From: Acidobacteriota bacterium
Lineage (GTDB): Bacteria > Acidobacteriota > UBA6911
Length of the DNA: 64,000 nucleotides
Assembly: GCA_963664705.1 (NCBI GenBank)
Contig: OY761556.1
Location: 192,001 to 256,000 of the forward strand
Reading direction: 5' to 3'
Below the pieces are notes generated by a model. The model worked only from the letters and a program-made list of their open reading frames with translations, did not search any database and had not been told where the DNA came from. The position numbers and the translations under genes were made by a program. Below, one piece after another: positions 28,354 to 37,696 of the stretch. Each line of letters begins with the position of its first letter. The stretch's first letter is position 1.

Positions 28354-28707
28354 ATGAAGAAACTAGATCCGCTAGAACTACAAGATCCGATCCAACTCGC
28401 TGTGCTTAATGCCTTCGAGGTGGCACTCGATGCCCAGCTACGTGCAATTCGAAAGTTAAAGAATCCCGATTCCGTGAAAGAGCAGCGTACGGCAGGGAGT
28501 ATGTCACAGATCGATATGGTATACGACATACTTCAACGGGCAGGCAAGCCGCTACATATTACGGAAATCCTGGAACGTATTGAGAAGGTCTTTGGTAAAC
28601 AACTGGATAGAGAGTCCGTGGTCTCATCCTTAGTGAAAAAGGTACGTCGCCACGATCGCTTTCTGCGAACGGACAAGAACGTCTTTGCTCTGAAGCAAGG
28701 AGAGTGA
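28354..28707 (+). CDS. HARE-HTH-like winged-helix protein carried inside the IS
   Basis: RBS GGAGG; ILQRAGKPLHITEILERI...F.RT..NVFAL resembles the HARE-HTH/RNAP delta N-terminal domain; N-terminal amphipathic helix. Confidence 0.75.
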   Translation: MKKLDPLELQDPIQLAVLNAFEVALDAQLRAIRKLKNPDSVKEQRTAGSMSQIDMVYDILQRAGKPLHITEILERIEKVFGKQLDRESVVSSLVKKVRRHDRFLRTDKNVFALKQGE

Positions 28708-30083
28708 TCATGCTGCTGCCCTTCTACCGTTCCTTGTTGGAGCAGAGTTGGAAGGATGTTTTTAAGCAAGCACGGACACTGAAGCGAGGAATTGACCACG
28801 CTTTGACGTGGCCTTCGGCCTTGGGTCGAAGGACGATCTCGCAGATGATCTGTGTGCAAGGGCGGAATCAGGAAGACTGGAGCGCAGATTACAAGTTTTA
28901 CTCGCGTAGTCATTGGGACGAGCAGGCATTGTTTGACAGGATCTCTGAAGAATATCTGAATCGATATCCGAACAAGCCTGTGGTTCTAGCAGTAGATGAC
29001 ACTCGGATAGTAAAGAGCGGAAAAAAAATCCCAGGGGCCAGCTGGCAAAGAGATCCTTTGTCGCCTCCGTTTCAAGTAAACATGATTTGGGGGCTTCGGT
29101 TTCTGCAAGGATCCTTGCTGTTTCCGCACCATTGCGAGGGTGAATTCTCTGCGCGGGGTTATCCAGTGGCCTTTAGACACGTACCCGTCGTAAAGAAACC
29201 CGGGATCCGTGCCAGTGACCAGCAGCGAGAAGAATACAGGCGATTGAAAAATGCTAATAATCTTTCCACACAATCGTTGGAATGGATTCAAAACTACCGG
29301 AACCAGTTAGACAAGATGAAGGCAACAAATCGCACATTGCGAATCGTCGCAGATGCGAGCTTCTGTAACCGCTGTTTTTATAAAAACCCTCTCGACCGGA
29401 CAGAGTTGCTGACACGATGTCGGAAGGACGCCCGCCTGTGTTTCCCTGCACCCGAGGGCAGTGGCCGGCGATATAGTATCGACATCTTCTCTCCTAAGGA
29501 TGTCCTCGATTCCCAGCGCGCTGTTTTTAAATGGTGCAAAATCTGGATGGGCCAAAGAAGACGCCGTATTCGTTACAAGATAGTGGAAGCCGTTCTTTGG
29601 CGACGTGGGGCAGGCACTCGGCAATTGCGATTAATTGTTATTGCACCCATACCATATAAGCTCTCGCCCAATGCCTCCCGAAATTTTCGTCAGCCAGGTT
29701 ATTTGCTGTCGACCGACACCTACAGCCCCGTCCGAGACTTGATCCAAAGCTACTTTGATCGTTGGCAAATCGAAGTCAATCATAGAGACGAAAAAACTGT
29801 GCTTAGCGTCGGACAGGCTCAGGTCTGGTCGATGTCGTCCGTATCGAAACAGCCGGCCTTGACAGTAGCTTCGTATTCCATGCTTTTGCTGGCAGGGTTG
29901 CATTGTTTCGGGCCCGGTCGCGATTTTTGTCGCATCCCTCTTCCGAAATGGCGATCGAACAGTTCACGCGTTTCTTTGCTCGATTTACTGACCTTGCTAC
30001 GCACAGAAATCATTGAAACGTCTGTCAAGGAGCCCATTTATGCGAAAATGGCCCAAAATCTAACCATTTTCGCTAAAACATGA
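28704..30083 (+). CDS. DDE transposase (IS4/IS701 superfamily)
   Basis: LAVDDT..VKSGK, IVADASF, YFDRWQIEVNHRDEK (Y-2-R-3-E-6-K); GTGA overlap with the HTH gene. Confidence 0.9.
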   Translation: MIMLLPFYRSLLEQSWKDVFKQARTLKRGIDHALTWPSALGRRTISQMICVQGRNQEDWSADYKFYSRSHWDEQALFDRISEEYLNRYPNKPVVLAVDDTRIVKSGKKIPGASWQRDPLSPPFQVNMIWGLRFLQGSLLFPHHCEGEFSARGYPVAFRHVPVVKKPGIRASDQQREEYRRLKNANNLSTQSLEWIQNYRNQLDKMKATNRTLRIVADASFCNRCFYKNPLDRTELLTRCRKDARLCFPAPEGSGRRYSIDIFSPKDVLDSQRAVFKWCKIWMGQRRRRIRYKIVEAVLWRRGAGTRQLRLIVIAPIPYKLSPNASRNFRQPGYLLSTDTYSPVRDLIQSYFDRWQIEVNHRDEKTVLSVGQAQVWSMSSVSKQPALTVASYSMLLLAGLHCFGPGRDFCRIPLPKWRSNSSRVSLLDLLTLLRTEIIETSVKEPIYAKMAQNLTIFAKT

Positions 30084-30565
30084 TTTGTTTTTGTCCAAAG
30101 TCCAGGGCCCTCCGGGCCTGTTGCTTTACTCGCGTCGCAGGGCCCAAAGCAAATAGTAAGCAGCATTGGCGAGATGTTGGCTCGACCCGAAATGAAGTCG
30201 AGGCTCACCGGGAACGCCGGCTTTTCGTCGGCAAGGTCAGTGGTCGCTTCCACGACGCTGATGATGCCGTCTCTATTATTTGCCCCGGAAGCTGGAAGCG
30301 CGTTGCATCTCAGCCCCAGCGGGGCGTTCAGAAAGTAGCCGGGGGTGAGCGCTTTTTGCGAACCCCCGGATAGGATAAAATTAGAAGGAGCCCCGGAGGA
30401 GGCGAAAGACTGTTTCTGTCGCCCTGCCAGGGCTCTTTCCCGCGCATATCTCTACCGGGGGTTCGCTGTGCTTCACCCCCGGCTACGATCTTTCGGCCCT
30501 CCGGGCCTGTTGCTTTACTCGCGTCGCAAGGCCCAAAGCAAATAGTAAGCAGCATAGGTGTCTTG

Positions 30566-33166
30566 CTACCTGCGCAGTTTGTAGTAATACCAGCCGTCTG
30601 TGCCTGCAGCCCCGGTACGGCCACCGGTGATGGAGTTATAACCACCCCAATAAAAGTCATACGGGCTTTGAGTCCTGTGATTGGAAACCTTCAGCGCGTA
30701 TGGATCCGTATCAAGCCTGGCCGCCTCCGCATCGGTCAGCGTTTGGGTGCCAAAGAAGAAATCACTCAGATATTTGCCTTCGACTGCGGCTGGGGCTGCG
30801 CCGTGCGGATCTCCCTTAGATACGTAATTGCCGTTATTGAACTTGACGAAATTGCTGCCATTGGCGCCCAATGCTCTGTAAACGCTCTTTGCGATTTCCA
30901 GGCTCAGGTTGTCTGTCATCGCTCCGTCATTATAGTCGTTGAGGTTTGTATCAATGATGATCGCACGATCAGGTGCGAGAGTAGCTACAAGCAAAGCCTG
31001 GTCGAACGGAAGCCTGCTATAACCGCCATAGCCGTAAGAACCCTCTTCATGCGGATACATGTGACCATAGGGCATGAAGTGGCGGAACAGTTCGGTTTCA
31101 CGAACGCGGTTATGCCGATAGCTGTTGCCGGGTCCTTCCGTGCCATGAGCAATAATGCTTTCTGCGCCGGCGCTATAGAACAGGGTATCGCTGAAATCGT
31201 ACTCCTGCCCCTGGGCGTTATAGCGCCAGTTGGCTGGGCCGGTGGCTCCAGCCCCGCCGCAGACGACCACCTTTACTCGTTCGTCGAACACCCCCGCCAC
31301 AAAGGCATTTTTGCCGCCAATGGAGAAACCCTTCGTAATCGCACGGGCAGGATCGATTTTGGCCGCCAGTTGAGGATTCTGGTTTGCCGCCACCTGCAGT
31401 ATATCCAGATAGACAGAGACGGCCGTGGCGCTTGCGATCAGGATGCTGGAATCCGCGGAAGTGCTGTTGCGAGTATAGGGAAAGATCTTGTAAAACAAAC
31501 CGGTGCGATTAGGATTGCCCCATGCGCCGGCATCGGTGCGAGTATCCCAAGCCCAGTTGGGGAACGCAATACTCGCGATGCCATTGGCTGTCCAGCTCCC
31601 GCCAAAGGAGATGGGGGCTTTTCGGCCTTCAGGAATATTTGACGGTAGCGTCACCGATATCGCCACATCCTGAGCAGTGCCACCCGCAAAATGAATATTT
31701 GTGGGTGAAATGCGTGCGCTGATACTGGGATTGCCGGAGCCATTATAGCTGTTATCTGTGATTGTAATGGTGTAGTCCGCTCCCAGCCTGGGCTTATAGC
31801 CATATTCATAGAACTGGGCCAATTCCAGAATTTCCTGTTTGCGTTCGGCCCACTCCCTCTTGCCGGCGACCATGCCCCGGACTCCCTTTGTCTTGTCGAA
31901 AAACTGCCAGATATTCGGAAGTGTAGGGATGGCAGGCAAGTCATGCGGATCCGGATACCTCGTGTCCGCCCATCTCAATCCTGCAAAGGCCCGGCAGACC
32001 TTGGTCACGGCCCGCGTCTTCTGAGCCGGAGTTGCCTCGGGATTGTCCTTTAAGGCCTGATAGGCATTCCCGGCTGCAATCATGCGCATTTTGGATTCCG
32101 GGGTCCAGACAAGGCTGCTGTCCCCTGTGCCGCCGGCCGCAGTGCCATCGCCCGAGCCGCCCGGGTTGCTTTTGGAATTCCAGAAGCGGATGTCTTCATC
32201 AGCCCGCCAACCGCTATAGGCAAAGGGTGTCATTCCGTTCCAGCCTGCCAGCGTAACCACGCCCCAATCCCGGTTCCTTACCCGTTCGGAATTTGGCAGA
32301 TTCGAGTTGCTCTCCCGCCCTGCAAAATACTGGGTCTTGCTCAGATAGGCAAATGAGTTGTCTTGATCAAAGATGCCAATCTCCAGGCCGATCTGTGTGC
32401 CATTCTTCAGTTCTCGGTTCCATGCATCGCCCCAACCCTCGATCTGCAGGGACACCTCATAGGTGTAATTGACGCTGCTCCCGGCTCTGTATCCCGAGGA
32501 TTTGAAAGCCTTCAACCGCGTCGAGTAATCCTGATGGTTTGGATTGAAGAACGAGCCAAGGGAAGGAATGCCTCCATTACTGAAGGATGCAACGGAGGTG
32601 AGGGCGGCGTTGGCACTCAAAAAAAAGATGCCCTGTGTATCGGTTTCTATCCCCCACCGGTCGTTGAAGACATCCATGGAGACGAAGAGTCCGTCGGTGT
32701 TGGGGCTGAAGCTGCCGCTGCTCCAATTCGGCGTTTCGCTGTCGGATCTGGTGGAGTCGCCCGTTACTTCGACCAGGACATAGAGGACAGGCCCGTCCCA
32801 GAGTAATCGCGTGGTTCCTTGAGCTGAGGCAGCAGGCGCATCCGCCGTCATGCTCGCATTGAATTTGTGAGCGATCGGGTAGGGAGTCGCGTCGTTCCAT
32901 GCGGCTTCTTTGACGCCGTCGACCGCTATTGGCTTGTTCGTGAACGTGGCTTTGACCTGAGCCCTGGGGGCTTCGACTTTATAGCTTTGGTTGTTGTTGC
33001 CGGAGGGTGACCAGCGTTCAAGAACGCTGGTATTGCATACAAAGCTCCTGTCGCCAGGCCGGTCATAGAAATATCGGCTGATAAGGGCGCCAAGGCCTCC
33101 CGATGGGAGGATCCCGAACAGGATGGAAACTATCAGAATGGTACGAAGCTTGAACCGTAATTGCAT
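30566..33166 (-). CDS. Secreted CBM9/DOMON-like plus CE15 glucuronoyl esterase-like protein
   Basis: Signal peptide; I.VDG..E.AW...LLWD...LY.LVEV (CBM9-like); EW..RK.EI...Q.YEYG.KP, GFSIGGK.A..AG.FDERV and LPFDQ..L...LAP.R (CE15). Confidence 0.75.
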   Translation of the reverse strand: MQLRFKLRTILIVSILFGILPSGGLGALISRYFYDRPGDRSFVCNTSVLERWSPSGNNNQSYKVEAPRAQVKATFTNKPIAVDGVKEAAWNDATPYPIAHKFNASMTADAPAASAQGTTRLLWDGPVLYVLVEVTGDSTRSDSETPNWSSGSFSPNTDGLFVSMDVFNDRWGIETDTQGIFFLSANAALTSVASFSNGGIPSLGSFFNPNHQDYSTRLKAFKSSGYRAGSSVNYTYEVSLQIEGWGDAWNRELKNGTQIGLEIGIFDQDNSFAYLSKTQYFAGRESNSNLPNSERVRNRDWGVVTLAGWNGMTPFAYSGWRADEDIRFWNSKSNPGGSGDGTAAGGTGDSSLVWTPESKMRMIAAGNAYQALKDNPEATPAQKTRAVTKVCRAFAGLRWADTRYPDPHDLPAIPTLPNIWQFFDKTKGVRGMVAGKREWAERKQEILELAQFYEYGYKPRLGADYTITITDNSYNGSGNPSISARISPTNIHFAGGTAQDVAISVTLPSNIPEGRKAPISFGGSWTANGIASIAFPNWAWDTRTDAGAWGNPNRTGLFYKIFPYTRNSTSADSSILIASATAVSVYLDILQVAANQNPQLAAKIDPARAITKGFSIGGKNAFVAGVFDERVKVVVCGGAGATGPANWRYNAQGQEYDFSDTLFYSAGAESIIAHGTEGPGNSYRHNRVRETELFRHFMPYGHMYPHEEGSYGYGGYSRLPFDQALLVATLAPDRAIIIDTNLNDYNDGAMTDNLSLEIAKSVYRALGANGSNFVKFNNGNYVSKGDPHGAAPAAVEGKYLSDFFFGTQTLTDAEAARLDTDPYALKVSNHRTQSPYDFYWGGYNSITGGRTGAAGTDGWYYYKLRR

Positions 33167-33535
33167 ATCATCCCACTTGAAGCAAATGTCATTGTTCGCT
33201 CGGCCCTATCTTACACTGAACGCGCTCTCATTCTGACAATGGTTGCGTTGACTGCGCTCGAACCTATGCTAAAGTACTCCGCGTGGTGCAAGCCACCGCA
33301 CATAAAACGCTTAGTGAATACATATTTTCCAATCAGAAACCCCTGGGGCCTGCTTCTAGACAGGGTTCCTCGTCCCGCCTGTCTGCAGTGCGGGGGCATG
33401 TTGCATTAAGAGTAAATGGCATTAGGCGTCTCGTGGGCAAGAGCGTGGCCGCTTCCACGATGCCGACGCCGCGGGGACAGCGGCGTACCCGGCAGGGCCA
33501 ATGTAGGATCGTTTGAGATCAAACAGGAGAATCGA

Positions 33536-34498
33536 ATGAAGCGAATCTGGTTGAGTCTGTTGCTCTTGGTGGCGGCTTCACACCATGTCCGTGCTGCCGA
33601 TCCCTGCGATCGCAAATGCCTGGAAGGCCATGTGGATAGTGTGGTGACAGCCATGATCGCGCACAGCCCAAACCGGCTGATGCTGTCCAAGACGGTTCGT
33701 TACACGGAAAACGGTGTTGAATTGCGAATCGGCGATGGACTGTGGCGAACCGCGAGCGCCCGGGGCAAATACAATCTTTATGTTTCCGATCCTGAAGCCG
33801 GCCAGGTCGGTTTTTACGGAACCCTGATCGAAAGCGGGGTTGTCCTGGACTACATTGCACTCCGACTGAAGGTGTTCGAATCACTGATCAGCGAAATTGA
33901 AGCAATAGTCGCCCGACCGGGAGGGGGACGCATAGGAGAACATGCAGGCGCATTGGTGGAAAAGCTTGGACCGCCTCGACCCCAATTTTTGCAAACCGTA
34001 CCTCCGGCGGAGAGGATGAGCCGCGATACATTGATCGAGACGGCGAATTCATATTTCTCCGGGGTGGTAAACCAGACGGGCAGGTTCACCGCCAGGTTTG
34101 CATCGACCTGCAATCGCATTGAAAATGGTCGTCAGACAACGAACGTTAAAGATTCAAAGCCAGGTGAGCGCACCGCTGGAATAGCGCTGCTTGCGCTTGG
34201 TTGCGAAGCTCAGCAAAAGACCGGCTGGTGGGCGCACATGACGGAAATCAGAAACCGTCGATTTCCTATTGTCGACAGGGAGCGTGGCCTGGTGATGACA
34301 TTTGCGTTTTTTGATCATGATGCCGCTGCCCGCACCTATTACCTTCCGGATGGAACAAAATTCACCAATCCTGCGGACTTCCCGAACACCATTGAGGTGT
34401 CCGAGCTCTTCCAGATCAGGGATGGCAAGATTGATCAAATCGAAGCGGTAATCAACAGCGTGCCGTACGGCATGAGATCGGACGTCTGGGATAGATGA
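33536..34498 (+). CDS. Exported hypothetical protein (tandem NTF2-like family), paralog 1
   Basis: RBS AGGAG, signal peptide; CDR.CL, YTENG, GDGLW, C.R.ENG..T and F.I..G.I..IEA shared with 37697-38662. Confidence 0.8.
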   Translation: MKRIWLSLLLLVAASHHVRAADPCDRKCLEGHVDSVVTAMIAHSPNRLMLSKTVRYTENGVELRIGDGLWRTASARGKYNLYVSDPEAGQVGFYGTLIESGVVLDYIALRLKVFESLISEIEAIVARPGGGRIGEHAGALVEKLGPPRPQFLQTVPPAERMSRDTLIETANSYFSGVVNQTGRFTARFASTCNRIENGRQTTNVKDSKPGERTAGIALLALGCEAQQKTGWWAHMTEIRNRRFPIVDRERGLVMTFAFFDHDAAARTYYLPDGTKFTNPADFPNTIEVSELFQIRDGKIDQIEAVINSVPYGMRSDVWDR

Positions 34499-34510
34499 TT
34501 CAGTTGTCCG

Positions 34511-34939
34511 TCAGATATTGTAGGCTTCCTTGCCGAGGGTGTGCACCCAATTCGCGGTGAGCACTTTTTGCGCCTCTTCGGTCCTATCCACTCCCAGGAT
34601 GCAGATGGCCTGCCCGCCCATACGTCCAAGGTGGGGGTAGAGGTAGTGAACATTGATGCCCGCATCCTTCAGCGGCTTTAAAACCGCGTTCATGCCACCG
34701 GCATGATCGGGCGTTTCAACGGCCAGTACTTCGGTTTCCTTTGTCCGAAATCCGTGTGACTTGAGGATATTGAGGGCTTTTACCGGATCGTCAACCACAA
34801 ATCTTACCGTGGATACGTCCGAGGTGTCGGCCACGGAGATGGCGCGGATATTGACGCCTTCTCTGCCCAGTATCTCGCTGACATTCGAAAGAGCCCCCGG
34901 CATGTTATCGAGGATAACGGAGATTTGTGTGATGACCAT
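34511..34939 (-). CDS. Tandem ACT-domain protein
   Basis: QISV.L.N.PG.L, GVNIRA.SVADT, D..GG...VL..L....INV.YLY. Confidence 0.9.
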   Translation of the reverse strand: MVITQISVILDNMPGALSNVSEILGREGVNIRAISVADTSDVSTVRFVVDDPVKALNILKSHGFRTKETEVLAVETPDHAGGMNAVLKPLKDAGINVHYLYPHLGRMGGQAICILGVDRTEEAQKVLTANWVHTLGKEAYNI

Positions 34940-34944
34940 GTTTC

Positions 34945-35484
34945 TTACTCCTTAAGGTAACAGTAGCCTAATTCCAAAGCCTGCTGATTCAACTTGGTCA
35001 GCTTGGCTTTTCCCTCCCCGAGGATCGTGGGGAGATTGTTGATGAGCGCGTCGAAGGAGACCATGTTGCTCAGCTTTACGAGAACGCCTACCATGATCAT
35101 GTTGGCCACCTTGGTGTTGCCTACCTTTTCGACAAGCGGCATGACGGGGACCTGTACCACTTCGATATCACTCCGGGCGCCGTCGGTATTGACGATGGAT
35201 GAATTGACGCAGATGAGGCCGCCGGCCGGCAGAATACTCTGGAAACGAACAAAGGAAGGCTGGTTCATGGCGACGACGAAGTCCGGTTCGGAGGCCACCG
35301 GCGAAGCGATTTCCTCATCGCTTACCGCAACCGTACAATTGCAGGTGCCGCCCCGAACCTCAACACCGTAGGAGGGAAGGCAGGTGACATACTGTCCTTC
35401 AAGCATAGCTGCATTCGCGATGGTCATTCCCATGGAAATCACGCCCTGCCCGCCGAAGCCTGAAAAAATGGTCTTGATTAGCAT
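34945..35484 (-). CDS. 2-oxoacid:ferredoxin oxidoreductase gamma subunit
   Basis: SGFGGQG, PSYG.E.RGG, VAMNQPS, ANM..VG. Confidence 0.92.
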   Translation of the reverse strand: MLIKTIFSGFGGQGVISMGMTIANAAMLEGQYVTCLPSYGVEVRGGTCNCTVAVSDEEIASPVASEPDFVVAMNQPSFVRFQSILPAGGLICVNSSIVNTDGARSDIEVVQVPVMPLVEKVGNTKVANMIMVGVLVKLSNMVSFDALINNLPTILGEGKAKLTKLNQQALELGYCYLKE

Positions 35485-36218
35485 GGGACCTCTTTGATCA
35501 AACCCAATGGAAAATGCTTGCACATCACGTCTTCGACCCACTTGCACGATTCGACCGTGCCCATGTGCCAGTTGGTGGGACATGGCGACAGGATCTCAAC
35601 CATGGAAAAGCCCGTTCCCTTGATCTGGTGTTCGAAAGCCTTTCGGATGGCTTTCTTGGCTTTGACAATGGCGGCCGGTTTGTGCACGGACACTCTTTCA
35701 AGATAGGAGACACCGGGAAGTACCGATAACACTTCGCACATCTTCACCGGGTGGCCTGCGATTGCGGGATCCCGGCCGGCGGGGGATGTGGTGGTAACCT
35801 GATCGATCAACGTCGTCGGCGCCATCTGTCCGCCCGTCATGCCGTAGACGCCGTTGTTGACGAAAATGACCGAAATGTGTTCCCCGCGGTTTGCCGCGTG
35901 GAAGCTTTCGGCCGTGCCGATTGCGGCCAGATCCCCGTCTCCCTGATACGAAAAGACGAGATTCTGGGGTCTTACTCTCTTGATGCCTGTGGCCACGGCA
36001 GCACCCCGGCCATGGGCTGATTCCAGGGCATCGAAGTCGAAGTAGTTATAGAGGAGCATGCCGCAGCCCGCCGGCGCGACGCAGATTACCTTCTCGCGCA
36101 CTCCCATTTCGTCGATGATCTCTGCGAGGAGACGGTTCACAATGCCATGACCACAGCCGGGACAGTAGTGGAAATGGTTCTCCTTGAGTGATTTGGGTCT
36201 GGAGTAAACTTTTTTCAC
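35478..36218 (-). CDS. 2-oxoacid:ferredoxin oxidoreductase beta (TPP-binding) subunit
   Basis: YCPGCGHG, HGR..A.ATG, YQGDGD, NN.VYGMTGGQ, SPCPTNW. Confidence 0.92.
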   Translation of the reverse strand: MKKVYSRPKSLKENHFHYCPGCGHGIVNRLLAEIIDEMGVREKVICVAPAGCGMLLYNYFDFDALESAHGRGAAVATGIKRVRPQNLVFSYQGDGDLAAIGTAESFHAANRGEHISVIFVNNGVYGMTGGQMAPTTLIDQVTTTSPAGRDPAIAGHPVKMCEVLSVLPGVSYLERVSVHKPAAIVKAKKAIRKAFEHQIKGTGFSMVEILSPCPTNWHMGTVESCKWVEDVMCKHFPLGLIKEVPC

Positions 36219-37288
36219 TGCTTCTTGGTCCTCACTGACTGGTAGTAGTGTCGGGAGACTAAGCGGTAAAGCTCTATTGGCGTCGGAACTACCCCACCCG
36301 GTCGCCCATAGAAATGGACTCGCCCTCGGCCTTCCAGGGCCAGCTTGACGTCCTCGATCATCTGTCCGGAATTCATTTCGAAAACAAAAAAGTCTTTCAC
36401 CCGCTCGGCTGCATCTTTGATGTCTTTCTGGGGGAAGGGCCAGCAGGTGATGGGCCGGATCAAACCGACCTTGATGTTTTCGTTGCGGAGCCTTTTGATA
36501 GCGCCTTTGGCAATGCGGGCGGAGGTTCCATAGGCAATGATGATCATTTCCGCGTCATCGACCATGAAGGATTCGGAGCGCGTTTCGTTCTTTTCGATCT
36601 GCTGATATTTCCGGAAAAGCTTCCAGTTGTGATCCTCTTCATCTTTCACGTCGAAAAGGAGCGACTTGATGAAGCGGGCTGGCCGGCCTTCCGCGCCCGT
36701 GAGCAGATAGTCCTTGGGGTATTCCTTGGCCTTCGTTATGTGATCAAAGCTCACCGGTTCCAGCATCTGGCCAAGCACACCGTCACCGAGCACGATGAGG
36801 GGATTGCGGTACTTGTCGGCAAGCTCGAAAGCCAATGGCATGATGTCGGCAAGTTCCTGTACGGTTGAAGGAGCGAGGACGATGGTCCGGTAGTCGCCGT
36901 GGCCTCCTCCCCGTGTTGCCTGCAGATAGTCCGACTGCGCGGGAGAGATATTGCCCATCCCGGGGCCTCCCCGCGACATGTTTACGATGACGGCCGGGAG
37001 TTCGTCCGCTGCCAGGTAGGAAATGCCTTCCTGTTTAAGGCTTATCCCGGGGGAACTGGAGGACGTCATCACACGCGCGCCGGCAACGCTGGCACCAAGC
37101 ACCATGTTGATTGCCGCAATCTCGCTTTCGGACTGGAGGAACACTCCGCCGGGGACCATGGGCAAACGTTTTGCCATGTATTCGCCCAGCTCGTTCTGGG
37201 GGGTGATGGGATAGCCGAAATAGCACGTACACCCGGCCAGCACCGCAGCCTCGGCACAGGCGCTGTTTCCGTTCATCAGTTTCTTCAC
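36215..37288 (-). CDS. vorB: 2-oxoacid:ferredoxin oxidoreductase alpha subunit (VorB-like, branched-chain 2-oxoacid type)
   Basis: GYPITPQ, QSESE.AA, TSSSSPG.SLKQE, RGGPG.G.I...QSDY, GG.HGDY, EMN.GQM; GTG start overlaps the delta stop. Confidence 0.88.
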   Translation of the reverse strand: MKKLMNGNSACAEAAVLAGCTCYFGYPITPQNELGEYMAKRLPMVPGGVFLQSESEIAAINMVLGASVAGARVMTSSSSPGISLKQEGISYLAADELPAVIVNMSRGGPGMGNISPAQSDYLQATRGGGHGDYRTIVLAPSTVQELADIMPLAFELADKYRNPLIVLGDGVLGQMLEPVSFDHITKAKEYPKDYLLTGAEGRPARFIKSLLFDVKDEEDHNWKLFRKYQQIEKNETRSESFMVDDAEMIIIAYGTSARIAKGAIKRLRNENIKVGLIRPITCWPFPQKDIKDAAERVKDFFVFEMNSGQMIEDVKLALEGRGRVHFYGRPGGVVPTPIELYRLVSRHYYQSVRTKKQ

Positions 37289-37512
37289 GCCTTGTATACC
37301 TCGATAGCAGTCTCTGGACAGACAAGTGCGCAGGTCGCGCAACCGTTGCATCCGCCTTCACCCTCGAAAACCGCCACAAAGTAACCTTTCGAGTTGAGCT
37401 TGTCGGAAAGGCGGATGACCTTCTTGGGGCAATATTCAATGCAGAAGCAGCAGCCTTTGCAACGTTCCTGGCTGATTTCAATTGAGCCCATTGGTACCTT
37501 TATAGCTTTCAT
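37285..37512 (-). CDS. 2-oxoacid:ferredoxin oxidoreductase delta subunit (2x[4Fe-4S] ferredoxin)
   Basis: CKGCCFCIEYCP and CNGCATCALVCP. Confidence 0.9.
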   Translation of the reverse strand: MKAIKVPMGSIEISQERCKGCCFCIEYCPKKVIRLSDKLNSKGYFVAVFEGEGGCNGCATCALVCPETAIEVYKA

Positions 37513-37643
37513 ATTTTATTTTTAGGGGCCTCAATGTACCCTATCCGTGTTTCCACTGTCAAAACGTTTTGCTAAAACTTGCCTATTGGCATGCAATTGC
37601 TTGTGGCCGCGAGGAGGATTTGCCGGTAGCAAACTGCCTCAAA

Positions 37644-37672
37644 AAAGCGGTAGCAGGCTACCGCACCGCAAA
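37644..37672. repeat. REP-like palindrome
   Basis: AAAGCGGTAGC-AG-GCTACCGCAC, with a degenerate copy at 37622. Confidence 0.5.
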
Positions 37673-37696
37673 TTGGATAGGTTAATGGAGAATACA

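Larger units (their letters stand above)
28263..30105 (+). mobile_element. Insertion sequence (IS4/IS701-like DDE), two genes, 1843 bp
   Basis: Perfect 14-bp TIR CTGGACTTTGGACA / TGTCCAAAGTCCAG; flanking duplication GGCCCTCCGGGCC (28250-28262, 30106-30118); empty site seen in repeat units 1 and 3. Ends are ambiguous by up to 5 bp because the target is palindromic. Confidence 0.92.
27569..30555. repeat. Tandem array of ~390-bp REP-containing units (3 copies; copy 2 split by an IS; copy 3 partial)
   Basis: Units start ACCGGGAACGCC at 27569, 27958 and 30207; near-identical outside a central segment; each holds nested palindromes (AGCCCC-N3-GGGGCG; TAGCCGGGGGTGA..CCCCCGG and their inverses). Confidence 0.92.

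Noticed and set aside
27569-30555. Repeat region as a CRISPR array
   Set aside because: Units are ~390 bp with repeated rather than unique spacers, and no cas genes are present.
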